43,142 bases of DNA from the NCBI GenBank assembly GCA_019057815.1, contig JAHLWR010000029.1, positions 1-43,142 on the forward strand, in the 5' to 3' direction. Below are positions 17,795-28,069 of the stretch, one piece after another. Position 1 is the stretch's first letter. Each line of letters starts with the position of its first letter. The translations under genes were made by a program, and so were the position numbers. The DNA comes from Candidatus Heimdallarchaeota archaeon. GTDB taxonomy: Archaea > Asgardarchaeota > Heimdallarchaeia > Heimdallarchaeales > Heimdallarchaeaceae. The notes below the pieces were generated by a model. The model was not told the DNA's origin, ran no database searches, and was given only the letters and a program-made list of their open reading frames with translations.

Positions 17795-19480
17795 ATGATT
17801 ATTATGGTTTACAAGATAATTTTTAGAGGATGCCGAAATATTAGAAGAAAAATCAAATCTAAAAAACTACGTTGGATATATCTAGATTTAGATACATCTC
17901 TAAATGAACGTCCTGAACCCCCCAAGAACTTCATTACTAAAAGACTTTTTCCTGCAAAGTTACTTGACCTTGCTTTTCTTGATGATTACTTCAATCGCTT
18001 ATCAAAAGTTAAGTCTCTAGAAGGAGTAGTTCTTCATTTACGCACTGTTCCTGATGGAAATGCTAGATTACAATCTCTCAGAGATCTTATCCTAAGATTT
18101 AGAGAAAAAGGAAAAAAAGTAGTCATTTACGCAACTTCTTACAATACCCTAAGCTATTATGTAGCAACAGCTGCAGACACGATTTTCCTTCAATATTGTG
18201 GTGAAATCTCAATTATAGGTTTTCAATTATCCAGATTACTCATGAGAGATGTTTTGAAGAAGTATGGTTATTATGTAGACGGGATCCCAATTTCTCCCTA
18301 TAAATCTGCTATGGACATGTTTACTAGAACTGATATCTCTGAAGAAGATAGAGAACAATATCAGCGAATAATCGATTCTTCATTCGAATCTTCCGTTTCT
18401 GATATGAGTCTTTCACTCAACAAATCTCAAGAAGAAATCATTGATATTATTAACAATGGTCCATATTCATCTGAAAGAGCACTTGAAAAGGGTCTAATTG
18501 CAGAACTGACAAATGAAGAAAAATTGACTGATATAATCACTAGAAAGTATTCAAGATACAGCAAAATTAAACTTGTAAATTTGAAAGAATCACTTAAAGT
18601 GCTCACAATTCCTAGACCTCCCTCATCACGAAAACAAATAGCAATAATTAGCGTAGAAGGTTCAATAGTTGATGGTAAAAGTAAGAAACCTCCTGTAAAG
18701 CTACCTATCCCTATTTTTGGTGACGCTCAAGCAGGAGATCAAACTGTTGTTGAACAAATAAGGAAGGTTACCAGAGATAAAAAAGTTAAAGCTGTTGTTT
18801 TACATGTTAATTCAGGAGGAGGATCACCATTTTCATCAGAAGCTATGCGTTCTGCTTCGATCGAACTAGTAAAAAATAAACCCTTAGTTGTTTACTTCAG
18901 CGATGTAGCTGCTTCTGGAGGATACTTCATTGCTACTGGAGCTAACTGGGTTGTTGCTCAACCCATGACTTTAACTGGATCTATAGGTGTTCTGGGTGGA
19001 AAAATGGTAACTCAAGAAGCATTAAAAAAACAAGGAATTAATAGAGTATTTCTTAGAAAAGGAGAAAGAGCAGGAATGTTCAGCTCAGAAAATGTTTTTA
19101 CAGAAGAAGAGCGAAAAATTGTTTTTGGGCAAATTACCAGCATCTATAATTTATTTCTAGACCATGTTGCTGAATTTAGAAAGATGGAAATAAATGATTT
19201 AAAACAACATTGTGGAGGAAGAGTTTGGACAGGAAAAGATGCTAAAGAGCTAGGGTTAGTAGACGAACTAGGAAGTATTAAGAAAGCGGTAGAAAAAGCA
19301 GCTGAATTGGCTAATCTAAAGCCAGAAAAATGTCGTATAGTAGACATTTACCAAGCTAAACCTGAAGTTCCTATATGGTATAAAGACGGAAAAATTGATC
19401 TAACCTTAGATAAGTGGCTTAAACCATTTAAGAATACGAATGTTTGGATGATTTTACCTGAGGTAATAAAAATAGAATAA
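17795..19480 (+). CDS. sppA: Signal peptide peptidase SppA, long two-domain type (peptidase S49)
   Basis: YYVATAAD, PYKSA (catalytic Lys), VNSGGGS, DVAASGGY (catalytic Ser), TGSIGV, GRVWTG. Confidence 0.92.
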   Translation: MIIMVYKIIFRGCRNIRRKIKSKKLRWIYLDLDTSLNERPEPPKNFITKRLFPAKLLDLAFLDDYFNRLSKVKSLEGVVLHLRTVPDGNARLQSLRDLILRFREKGKKVVIYATSYNTLSYYVATAADTIFLQYCGEISIIGFQLSRLLMRDVLKKYGYYVDGIPISPYKSAMDMFTRTDISEEDREQYQRIIDSSFESSVSDMSLSLNKSQEEIIDIINNGPYSSERALEKGLIAELTNEEKLTDIITRKYSRYSKIKLVNLKESLKVLTIPRPPSSRKQIAIISVEGSIVDGKSKKPPVKLPIPIFGDAQAGDQTVVEQIRKVTRDKKVKAVVLHVNSGGGSPFSSEAMRSASIELVKNKPLVVYFSDVAASGGYFIATGANWVVAQPMTLTGSIGVLGGKMVTQEALKKQGINRVFLRKGERAGMFSSENVFTEEERKIVFGQITSIYNLFLDHVAEFRKMEINDLKQHCGGRVWTGKDAKELGLVDELGSIKKAVEKAAELANLKPEKCRIVDIYQAKPEVPIWYKDGKIDLTLDKWLKPFKNTNVWMILPEVIKIE

Positions 19481-19557
19481 GCATCTCTATTCTTTTCTTA
19501 AATACGAAAAAGAGATTTCAACGTTCAATTACTGCGGATTTTTTGTTTTAATCTCAT

Positions 19558-21687
19558 TCATAACATTTTTTTATCCAATTGTACTTTCGCATCTCTATCT
19601 TTTTCTTTCATTCGTTTGTCCATAGATGAAGGTTTGGAATCAATTTCTTGTTTTAGAGTTCTATTTTTTCTTCTGAAATGTTGTTTTTTCATATTTCGTT
19701 TTATTCGATTATAAACTACCCATGTAACAAAGGAGATTATCACACTTCCTACAATTATTTCCATAATTAACCAAGAATAGTTTATTTTTACTGGAAATAA
19801 CGTACTGTTGAGAGGGAATTTGTCATATACTTTTTCTCCATCGATTTTGTATCTCTCTCTACCATTCCAAACACTCCAATAATTCCCCTCCTCTGCTAAA
19901 GAATCAAACCATAAGTTATCAATTTCATTATCATAAGCTTGAGAACTTCCTCCAAGGTTATTGTTTATAAAACGATTGTGATGAATTGAATTATTATGAG
20001 AATATTCTAAACTAACTCCATAATAGCTATTATTTTCAAACAAATTGTATATTATGCTAATATTATAACTACGATAGGCTTCTATCCCATTTTTGCAATA
20101 AATAATTTCATTATTTGAAATATTGACTGAAACAGCACTACGAAGAAAAAAACCACTATCCTCATTATTACTGATTGAGTTACCAAAAATACTAACATTA
20201 TTGATATGTGATAAATACAATCCCGCTCTTTCGCAATTTGATATGTTATTATCAGATATCACTGAAAATGAACAAAGATACAAAGAAATACCAGTATCAC
20301 TGCTAATATTAACTAAATTATTAGCGATTTGAGTATGTTCAGTATTCATTAGAGAAATGCCACTGAAATAACTGATATCAATGGAATTTTGTAACATTTT
20401 ACTAGAATTACAGTCACAAACACGTAAACCATAATTGTTTTCCTCGAAAGAGTTACATATAATGGAACTTTCATCTGAATAATAAATATATAAACCATAA
20501 CTATTTCTCTCAAAAGAGTTGTTTGTAATTAAACATTCATCAGAGCTGCCAACGAATAGACCATATCTGTTTTCCTCAAAAGAGTTGTTTGTAATAGAGC
20601 ATGTAGAAGATTCTATTACAGCTATTCCATAAATAGAGTTCTTAAAACAGTTGTTTTTCTCTACAATAGTCATAGGAGAATATAAAAGCTCTATTGCAGT
20701 ATCTCGAATGTAGCTACACGTGTTATTAATTACTGCACATTGAGAACAATTTACTACTGAAATTGCTTTCGATATCCCACTCATTTCTTGATTACTAATT
20801 GTTATATTGAAGCAGTTGACAAGTATTATTTCACCGCTTGCATCTGAGATATTTGTGTTATTAAGATCAATTTCAAATCTAAATGGTTTATTATTCACAG
20901 TGTTATTTGAAATGAACAAAGATCTATAATCGTCTAGAGAATCTAGAGTTATATCAATCCCACAGGAGCTACATGCGTTATTTTCTAGTGTAATATTTGT
21001 AGCTTTATTGGCTATCCTAATTCCTTCTCGGTAATCTCCTACACAGCTGTTATTGGCAATAATACCATCAGATGTTTCAGAAAAATATAATCCTGTTAAA
21101 TCATTACTCGTGCAAGTATTATTTATGACACTAAATGAAACAGAATTGCTAATAGATACGCCTATGTCATTTCCTTTAAAAGTATTATTTGAAATTGTTA
21201 CCTGATCTGAGTTTTTAATTATTATTCCATAAGAAGTCCAAATCGGATTGTTATTGTAATTGCAGAAATTATCTCTGATTATTGCTGTTCCTTCAGCTAT
21301 ATCACGAATATGAATTCCATATATTGATGCGTCAACATATACATTCTGAATAACAAAAAAAGAAGTTGTATCTGTTATAAAGATACCATAATCGTTTGAA
21401 GTTTCAATATTTAAATATTCAATCTTATAGGGATTTTCTTTTGTACCATTTCCCTCAAAACCCAGAGTAATGAAATCGAGATTAGAATTAATTCTTATGG
21501 ATTCCAAAGGTTCTTCAGCAAATGTATTACGTTGTTGATTATTTGAATTACTAATTATGACTGGTATTGTAGTAATAGAGCTTAGAAACAAGAGAATAAC
21601 GATAATGCATCCAAGTTGGAAGCTTATAATTCCGTTACAACTCTTTCTCCTAATAAACACTTTCTTGTTTGTAAGCATCCTACTCAA
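19558..21687 (-). CDS. NosD-like parallel beta-helix surface protein, long form (paralogue 3)
   Basis: GFEGNGTKENPYKIE, many I.NN...GI coils, SQAYD...EGNYWS, C-terminal TM and basic tail. Confidence 0.85.
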   Translation of the reverse strand: MSRMLTNKKVFIRRKSCNGIISFQLGCIIVILLFLSSITTIPVIISNSNNQQRNTFAEEPLESIRINSNLDFITLGFEGNGTKENPYKIEYLNIETSNDYGIFITDTTSFFVIQNVYVDASIYGIHIRDIAEGTAIIRDNFCNYNNNPIWTSYGIIIKNSDQVTISNNTFKGNDIGVSISNSVSFSVINNTCTSNDLTGLYFSETSDGIIANNSCVGDYREGIRIANKATNITLENNACSSCGIDITLDSLDDYRSLFISNNTVNNKPFRFEIDLNNTNISDASGEIILVNCFNITISNQEMSGISKAISVVNCSQCAVINNTCSYIRDTAIELLYSPMTIVEKNNCFKNSIYGIAVIESSTCSITNNSFEENRYGLFVGSSDECLITNNSFERNSYGLYIYYSDESSIICNSFEENNYGLRVCDCNSSKMLQNSIDISYFSGISLMNTEHTQIANNLVNISSDTGISLYLCSFSVISDNNISNCERAGLYLSHINNVSIFGNSISNNEDSGFFLRSAVSVNISNNEIIYCKNGIEAYRSYNISIIYNLFENNSYYGVSLEYSHNNSIHHNRFINNNLGGSSQAYDNEIDNLWFDSLAEEGNYWSVWNGRERYKIDGEKVYDKFPLNSTLFPVKINYSWLIMEIIVGSVIISFVTWVVYNRIKRNMKKQHFRRKNRTLKQEIDSKPSSMDKRMKEKDRDAKVQLDKKML

Positions 21688-21712
21688 TTATTGTCTTTAA
21701 AGTATAAAAAAA

Positions 21713-22285
21713 TTGCTTTCACTTTTTCTTTTAAAATATTTTGAGAAATATTTATTAATACAAAGATTGTTAGCTCTAGGTGATTATCTTATGGATAGGA
21801 CAAAAGTTGCTTTTTTAATTCCAGGATTAAAAATCACTGAAAATGAAATCATTTTTGATGTAAAAGAACATACACGTAGAATAAGACGAAATTCAAAAAT
21901 CCAGATAGTAGTTGGGATTTTCTTCTTATGGCTTCTGGGAATGGGTATATTAATAGTCATTCTTGCTTTACGCAATTTAAAATTAGAACCTATTGCTCAT
22001 CTGAAAAGAACTAGAAAATATCTATTAGCTATATCAAAACAGACTGGTAAACCTATAGTTTATGTCAATTTACCTCCAGAACTACAAAATTATGGTAAAC
22101 AAGGTGAAGATCCACAATTACAGAAAGGTTATGATAAGCAAGTCGAAGATCCACAATTACAGAAAGGTTATGATAAGCAAGTCGAAGATCCACAATTACA
22201 GAAAAGTAAAAAATTTTGTCCTCAATGTGGAAAACAAATCAAGCAAAAAGGAGATTTCTGTACGGGATGTGGAATTAAAATCTAG
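21713..22285 (+). CDS. Membrane protein with C-terminal zinc ribbon; likely start ATG 21791
   Basis: Hydrophobic hairpin; FCPQCG...FCTGCG zinc ribbon. Confidence 0.8.
   Translation: MLSLFLLKYFEKYLLIQRLLALGDYLMDRTKVAFLIPGLKITENEIIFDVKEHTRRIRRNSKIQIVVGIFFLWLLGMGILIVILALRNLKLEPIAHLKRTRKYLLAISKQTGKPIVYVNLPPELQNYGKQGEDPQLQKGYDKQVEDPQLQKGYDKQVEDPQLQKSKKFCPQCGKQIKQKGDFCTGCGIKI
22106..22204 (+). repeat. Perfect coding tandem repeat, 39-bp unit x about 2.5
   Basis: Unit GAAGATCCACAATTACAGAAAGGTTATGATAAGCAAGTC at 22106 and 22145, partial at 22184; encodes EDPQLQKGYDKQV. Confidence 0.95.
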
Positions 22286-22341
22286 TTTCTATCTGTTATT
22301 AATTTTTTATTGTTTTTGACAAGTCTTTGTGATTAAAAGTT

Positions 22342-24681
22342 TCATTTATTTTTCAAATAAACTCCTTTGATTAATCTTAGTCTTCGTTTGTAAATAAAAC
22401 CTATAACAACCAGAATAGTAGGGAACATATACCATGGAGAAGTTGAACTATAAGTGTAAGGTTCGTAATAATATAGTGTATATTCTTCAGTTATATCCCA
22501 GTTTCCAGTAATATCTTTAGCATATATTTTTATTAAAACGTAATTTTCTGCAGTTCCGGGAATAGTTGCAGCATAATCTCCATCTGAATCAAGAGACATT
22601 GTAACATTAGTATACGGACCACCATCAATGGCATATGAAAGTACAACTGTTTCTATACTGTTTAATCCTTCAACTGTACAAGTTATCGTAACTTCCTCAC
22701 CAATATCAGGGTAGTAAGGGTCAGAATCAAAATCTGTTATAAATGGCCCCTCTAAAGCTTCAATTGTTAAACTGTAAGCAACACCAATATCACCACTGTA
22801 GAGATAAACTAGTATATAATAAGAACCTGTATATGGTGCAAAAAAGCTAATTTCCTCATCACTTAAATACTCTTCACTATGGTCAAGTACACTTCCAGTA
22901 TCATCATAAATAGCAAAATCTAGGTCAAAATTATTGTAATCAAATGCTAAATATACATCCAAAAATTGTCCTTCTATTAATTCAATTTCGAAGAAATCAT
23001 CATCATAAAGATACAAATCATATTCATTGTTCACATCTAGGTAAGCTGCATCCAAAATATTATCATTATCTTCATAGATATCGTCAAAATACTCTATTTC
23101 TGATATTGTTAAAGAGAATGTTCCATAACCGTCGTAACTATAAATAAAGAAGAATACAGTAGTTTCAACAGAAATTGGTAATAGGGCAGTTTCAGTATCT
23201 CCACTAGATCCATAATAACAATCTACAGAAACATCACTAAGTAAATCAAGGTAGCTCTCTTCATTCCAAACTAGCATATCTAAATCAACTGTATAATCCA
23301 TTGTAAGCACAGCTTGATATGCATGATCAGGAGTATTAGCTGGAAGATCTGCTTGAACAAACATATAGCTATATGAAGATAAATAGTCTGTATAAACACC
23401 TGGTGAAGGGTAGTTTAACGATGCAATATATGATTCCAATTCAACACGCCAATCAGATATGAAATTTTCCCAATCTGTATCATCAACAAAGTCTAAACCA
23501 TAGTACAAATTATTATAAAAACTGATTATTTGATTTGAAGGATTGGTATAGAAATCAAAAGCATAGTTATAGGGTAGTAGAGGAAGGAATATCCACAGAC
23601 CATAAGGATCTGAAACTAGACTTGATTCAGAAGCAATAAGAGCGTTATCTAGCACCGTTTTAACATTATAAGCTGCAGTACCAAGTGAACCTCCTATTTG
23701 TGTTTGAAGTTCAGTTAGAAATTCATAAAATTCTATTACAAAATTCGGCATGTATGAGTCAGCAGTCATCAAAACATCATAAATAGCAGCCATATTTGAT
23801 GGAAGTGCTGCACTCAATTCACTTGATAATGAATTGATTTCTGGAACAATGCTTCCTATAATAGAGGTGTTGTATGCCGACATAGTAACATCAAGACCAT
23901 GATACATATACGAGTCTACATATTCAGTACAAATAGTCTGAGCTAATTCAACTACTGTCATTGATGGATTAGCAATCAGTTGGGAGATTATTTCATTATA
24001 TGGCCAACCATCACCAGGTTCTGAATAAAGACTCGATAGATAAACATCACAATAATCCTTCAACTCATAGACAATTTCTATTTGTCCCATAACACAAGCA
24101 TCAAATCCTATAAGGTCAAAATGAAAGCCATCTAGTGCTGTCTGTATTTCCTGAATTGTTAAGAAATCATAATCGCCGTCATCCCAGCAGGTTCCATCTA
24201 AACCTCTTCCATGATCCCAGAATATAAGAGCTGTTCGATTAGCTGGAAAAGCTGAAATACCCCAAGTCACAAAATTACGAAGATTTTGAGGATCCCCCAT
24301 ATTTAGTTCTCCAAGAGATGTATTAACAGGAGTGTTTATTGTTTCAATGTCAGAATCTGGTTGAATTACATAGTACCTTGTTTCTGACCAATCTTCTGGG
24401 TAATCAGGAACTTCGTAATTTTCATCACTTCTATCAACCATAACAACGATATTAATATCATCGTTTGTTCCTCCTCCAAGCTCCATCTCATTTATATCTT
24501 CAATTACACAAGGTTCCAAGTTGTTGTCTCCAGACATATAAATGAGAAATGTCCAATTTTTATTTATAGCGGAAATAGAAAGGTTATTGATTATCTCGCT
24601 AGTCTGAGCTTCAGATTGTATAAAAGGTGAAGCAAGTAATAGAAACATAAGCAATGAAAGAGTAGATGCAATGTTTTTCAT
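22342..24681 (-). CDS. Secreted, membrane-anchored clostripain-family (C11) cysteine peptidase with PPC-like domains
   Basis: WTFLIYMSGDNNLE, ELNMGDP, WDHG (catalytic His), FDACVMG (catalytic Cys), EPGDGW; DLDFAIYD..YTGSYYI PPC-like domain; C-terminal TM. Confidence 0.9.
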   Translation of the reverse strand: MKNIASTLSLLMFLLLASPFIQSEAQTSEIINNLSISAINKNWTFLIYMSGDNNLEPCVIEDINEMELGGGTNDDINIVVMVDRSDENYEVPDYPEDWSETRYYVIQPDSDIETINTPVNTSLGELNMGDPQNLRNFVTWGISAFPANRTALIFWDHGRGLDGTCWDDGDYDFLTIQEIQTALDGFHFDLIGFDACVMGQIEIVYELKDYCDVYLSSLYSEPGDGWPYNEIISQLIANPSMTVVELAQTICTEYVDSYMYHGLDVTMSAYNTSIIGSIVPEINSLSSELSAALPSNMAAIYDVLMTADSYMPNFVIEFYEFLTELQTQIGGSLGTAAYNVKTVLDNALIASESSLVSDPYGLWIFLPLLPYNYAFDFYTNPSNQIISFYNNLYYGLDFVDDTDWENFISDWRVELESYIASLNYPSPGVYTDYLSSYSYMFVQADLPANTPDHAYQAVLTMDYTVDLDMLVWNEESYLDLLSDVSVDCYYGSSGDTETALLPISVETTVFFFIYSYDGYGTFSLTISEIEYFDDIYEDNDNILDAAYLDVNNEYDLYLYDDDFFEIELIEGQFLDVYLAFDYNNFDLDFAIYDDTGSVLDHSEEYLSDEEISFFAPYTGSYYILVYLYSGDIGVAYSLTIEALEGPFITDFDSDPYYPDIGEEVTITCTVEGLNSIETVVLSYAIDGGPYTNVTMSLDSDGDYAATIPGTAENYVLIKIYAKDITGNWDITEEYTLYYYEPYTYSSTSPWYMFPTILVVIGFIYKRRLRLIKGVYLKNK

Positions 24682-24792
24682 ACAATAATAGAAGAATAGA
24701 GAATATTTATAGTTTTGCTAAAGTTTTGTAAAATTCTTCTTTTAGAAGGGGTTTATCTCTAGTATATATGGTAATTACTTCTGTCGAAAGTT

Positions 24793-27273
24793 CTAGTCGA
24801 CTTCAGTTGTCTTAGTAACGACCAGTAATTTTTCAATGACCCATTGAATAGCCCAAATAGATAGAGGTCTCATATATGCTAATGATCTATTTCCACCTCT
24901 TGAATCCCAAGCTTCTGGAGTTTGAAACCAGTATCCAAGTTTTTTCCATCCAGTTTCATATATGCCTTTAGCTGTTTTGAAAGCTTCTTCTTCGAGGTTT
25001 AATTGTAACATTGCAGCTGCTAGAGCATATGTTGTTCCTGTCCAAACTTCTGAAGATTGTAAGCACGATTTATCGACAGCTCCATTGGGTCTCATACCAT
25101 TTACTGCTCCCATTTTACCCTCTTTGAATCGCATCACATTAAAATCATAAACAGTTTTTAGAGCTTTTCGTGCATTTTCTTTAGGGACGATTGAAGGTAG
25201 ACTGCATGTTTGTGCATACCATTGGCCTGCTAACTGATCCGCCATAATGCTATTGTGTTGTCTACTTTTACTGCTGTCATAATTGTAATAAGAACCATTC
25301 CACAATTTTTCTTCATAAGCTTGCTTTCCTTTAATCAATATCTGTCTGTAATAATCTGCTTTTTTCTTTTCTTTTAATATATCAGCTATAGCAGCTGCTG
25401 CAGTTAAACATGCTAACCATAATCCTCCTGTATATGCACTTGGACCAAAAACTGACCACAGATCATAGGTTTGGTCTGGAAAACCTGCATTCTCTATCAA
25501 CCCATCACCATCAGAATCACATACTTGAATGAATTCTATTGCAAGTTTTACTGCTTCCCATGTTTCTTCTAGAAACTTCTTATTTCCTGTTGCTATGTAA
25601 TCTCTATAGATTTGTAAAACAAATTTCGGATTCAAGTCTTTCCATTTATTGTGATCCGACAATGCATAAACATTGACAAGATACCATGGATCTTCAAAAG
25701 GAGCACCTAAATCATGAGGGACAACTCCTTTGATATTACGCTTTACCATTGAACCACTACCAAAGATCAAATGAGTCTCAGGCTTTTCTGTTAAGACAGC
25801 TTCTGCAAAATCTCTCTGTAGGCTAAGCTCAAGCTCTGGCCAAAGCATAGCTAAAGCAAAGGAAGCATAGAAGTGTACATCATAAGTATTATACATAGTA
25901 TACTGATGACCTTCCAAATAAGAAAAATGACCAGTGCATTTTTCTGGAAAAGGTTCTTCTCCTTCCTCTCCATCAGTCCATATAGTTCCTCCATCTGCTA
26001 TATAATATAATTCGTTGAATAACGCAACTTTGTACCATGCTGGAAGAGTTTCATCCTCTAAAATTGGTTTCTGCCACTTTTCTATCTGTTTCTCCCATTC
26101 AGGATATTCTAGAAGAGCATCTGCTGCGATACGATGAGCATTATTACCCTTTCGACCATAAAAACGTGTATAACGACGATAATGAGCTCTTCCACCGCCA
26201 AACCTTGCTAAAGGCATATCCCAAGCTAAAGTAAAGGATAGTTCTTTTAATTCTTTTGCTGGAATAGTTACTTTTGATGCAATAGCAGCACCTATACATT
26301 CATTCTTTTTTGAAACATAAGAACTATCAGAAGTGTTTACTTCCCCACTTTTCTCAAAAGTTTCCCACACTTCTCCACCATTACTGTTTGTGAAAAACAA
26401 AGGATTACATGTAACAGTTGTTTCGTCATTGTCTCTTGTAGCTATAGCAAATTGTAAAGAATCCTCAAAAAATTCTTGATCTTTTAATTTCTGCCCTTCT
26501 TTTAGGGGTTTCTTCTGACGATGGACATGATTTAAACGAACTCCTATGAATTTTTCTTTTTTCAATTCATATTCGAAATGTTCATTTTTATGTCCTCCCG
26601 CAAAATCATTCTCCGTACCTGTCCCATTCTGAAAACTAAACATAATACTTACTTCAACAGGTTCATCTGTACTATTTTCTATATACCAAACAAAAACTCC
26701 TACAGGATAGCTACTTTCTTCATAGTTATGAGGTATCACAGGTGATATTTGTTTACAAATCAGATTTATACCAGGTTGGATGTTGTTATATTCCGTCCAA
26801 GCTCTAGGATAAAGAGCATGATATACAGCGTTCTTACCATAAAAATCCCAATTCCAACCATTAAGTTTACTATTTCTTGGATGGTTTGGATTTAATACCG
26901 TTGAATATGTTGACCCATCTTTACTTTTAATGAAAACAGAAAATTGGTTTGTTTCTACAGAATTATGATGGTAAACTCCTGGTTTCAGTTGCCATCGATA
27001 GAACTCTCCTCTCCATCCTCTTCCAATTGTACCTCCTCCTAACCCACCTATTGGAACACCATGACAAGCAGATGCTTTAGGAAAGCTGAATAAATTCATA
27101 CTCTCTTTCCCCTGTTTTTTGTCTAATCGCATTTTTTTATACATTCGAATTATGGCTGGAAAAAGGTGAAAAATATCTTTTAGTCTAATTTTAACACCTT
27201 TAATCTTTGTTGTAAAAGGATTATCCAGTTCACGATTCCAAGAATATTTAGGAATAATAATATCCGAAGTCAC
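24793..27273 (-). CDS. GH116 beta-glucosidase, non-lysosomal glucosylceramidase (GBA2)-like
   Basis: GVPIGGLGGGTIGRGWRGEF, YHALYPRAW, LFNELY, YLEG..Y.MYNTYDVHFYAS, WKDLN.KFVLQ, DQTYD, EVWTG, FQTPEA, YMRPL. Confidence 0.93.
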   Translation of the reverse strand: MTSDIIIPKYSWNRELDNPFTTKIKGVKIRLKDIFHLFPAIIRMYKKMRLDKKQGKESMNLFSFPKASACHGVPIGGLGGGTIGRGWRGEFYRWQLKPGVYHHNSVETNQFSVFIKSKDGSTYSTVLNPNHPRNSKLNGWNWDFYGKNAVYHALYPRAWTEYNNIQPGINLICKQISPVIPHNYEESSYPVGVFVWYIENSTDEPVEVSIMFSFQNGTGTENDFAGGHKNEHFEYELKKEKFIGVRLNHVHRQKKPLKEGQKLKDQEFFEDSLQFAIATRDNDETTVTCNPLFFTNSNGGEVWETFEKSGEVNTSDSSYVSKKNECIGAAIASKVTIPAKELKELSFTLAWDMPLARFGGGRAHYRRYTRFYGRKGNNAHRIAADALLEYPEWEKQIEKWQKPILEDETLPAWYKVALFNELYYIADGGTIWTDGEEGEEPFPEKCTGHFSYLEGHQYTMYNTYDVHFYASFALAMLWPELELSLQRDFAEAVLTEKPETHLIFGSGSMVKRNIKGVVPHDLGAPFEDPWYLVNVYALSDHNKWKDLNPKFVLQIYRDYIATGNKKFLEETWEAVKLAIEFIQVCDSDGDGLIENAGFPDQTYDLWSVFGPSAYTGGLWLACLTAAAAIADILKEKKKADYYRQILIKGKQAYEEKLWNGSYYNYDSSKSRQHNSIMADQLAGQWYAQTCSLPSIVPKENARKALKTVYDFNVMRFKEGKMGAVNGMRPNGAVDKSCLQSSEVWTGTTYALAAAMLQLNLEEEAFKTAKGIYETGWKKLGYWFQTPEAWDSRGGNRSLAYMRPLSIWAIQWVIEKLLVVTKTTEVD

Positions 27274-27344
27274 ACTACAAAGATTAGGTTACATAAAATA
27301 AAGATTATGGAAAAAAATGAAAATGAAAATATAAATTCTACTGG

Positions 27345-27716
27345 ATGTATAGGAATTCTTGTCGCAAGTATAATTTTATAATTCATGATTTGATTATATA
27401 TCCTATGAAGTTTGAAGATGTAAGAATTCCAGGCAATATTGTAATTGTTAATGGAGAAAAAGATGATCATGATATCTTTGCGTTAACTTTAAGCACATGT
27501 CAATGGTGCAAGAAAGGCAAGCAATGGTTAATAGATAACGGATATAAATATAAATTTCTGGATGTCGATTTACTACCTTTTGATGATAAACAAGAATTTA
27601 AGAGAAGCATACGAAACTTATTTGAAATAATGATACGCTACCCTTTCTTAATTATTGATGGAAAAGAATTTTTTGCTGGATATAACCCTGAAAAATGGGA
27701 AGAAATGCTGAAATGA
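27345..27716 (+). CDS. Glutaredoxin/NrdH-like redoxin; likely start ATG 27405
   Basis: LSTCQWCKK (CxxC), cis-Pro motif YPFLIIDG, GY. Confidence 0.85.
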   Translation: MYRNSCRKYNFIIHDLIIYPMKFEDVRIPGNIVIVNGEKDDHDIFALTLSTCQWCKKGKQWLIDNGYKYKFLDVDLLPFDDKQEFKRSIRNLFEIMIRYPFLIIDGKEFFAGYNPEKWEEMLK

Positions 27717-28069
27717 GAGTTGACAATAAAATGGTTAAAGAGAAAACAATTGCTGATGTAAAAAACTATGTTGAACGTGTTGCTAATATAAGAAAATGGA
27801 AACTTCATTCAAACCAAGACGGAACGCTAGATATGCTTTTAGAGGGTTTAAGAGACAATTTCAATAGATTAGGTTATTTCAATTGTCCTTGTAGAGAATC
27901 TCAAGAAAACATGAAATTGGATAAAGACATTTGTTGTCCTTGTGATTATGCTCAGCCCGATATAGATGAATATGGACATTGTTATTGCGCTCTTTACTTT
28001 GACACTAATTTCGTTGAATCTAAATCAATAGCAATGATTCCTGAAAGAAGACCTGATCCTGAAATATAA
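27695..28069 (+). CDS. Ferredoxin:thioredoxin reductase catalytic-subunit family protein
   Basis: CPC (FNCPCR), CPC (ICCPCDY) and CxC (GHCYCALY) signature for the 4Fe-4S cluster plus disulfide. Confidence 0.92.
   Translation: MGRNAEMRVDNKMVKEKTIADVKNYVERVANIRKWKLHSNQDGTLDMLLEGLRDNFNRLGYFNCPCRESQENMKLDKDICCPCDYAQPDIDEYGHCYCALYFDTNFVESKSIAMIPERRPDPEI

Noticed and set aside
12033-21687. Nitrous oxide reductase (nos) cluster
   Set aside because: Only the generic NosD-like fold is present; no nosZ, nosL or nosR
22106-22204. Possible CRISPR array
   Set aside because: Units are contiguous with no unique spacers, are in frame within a CDS, and no cas genes are present
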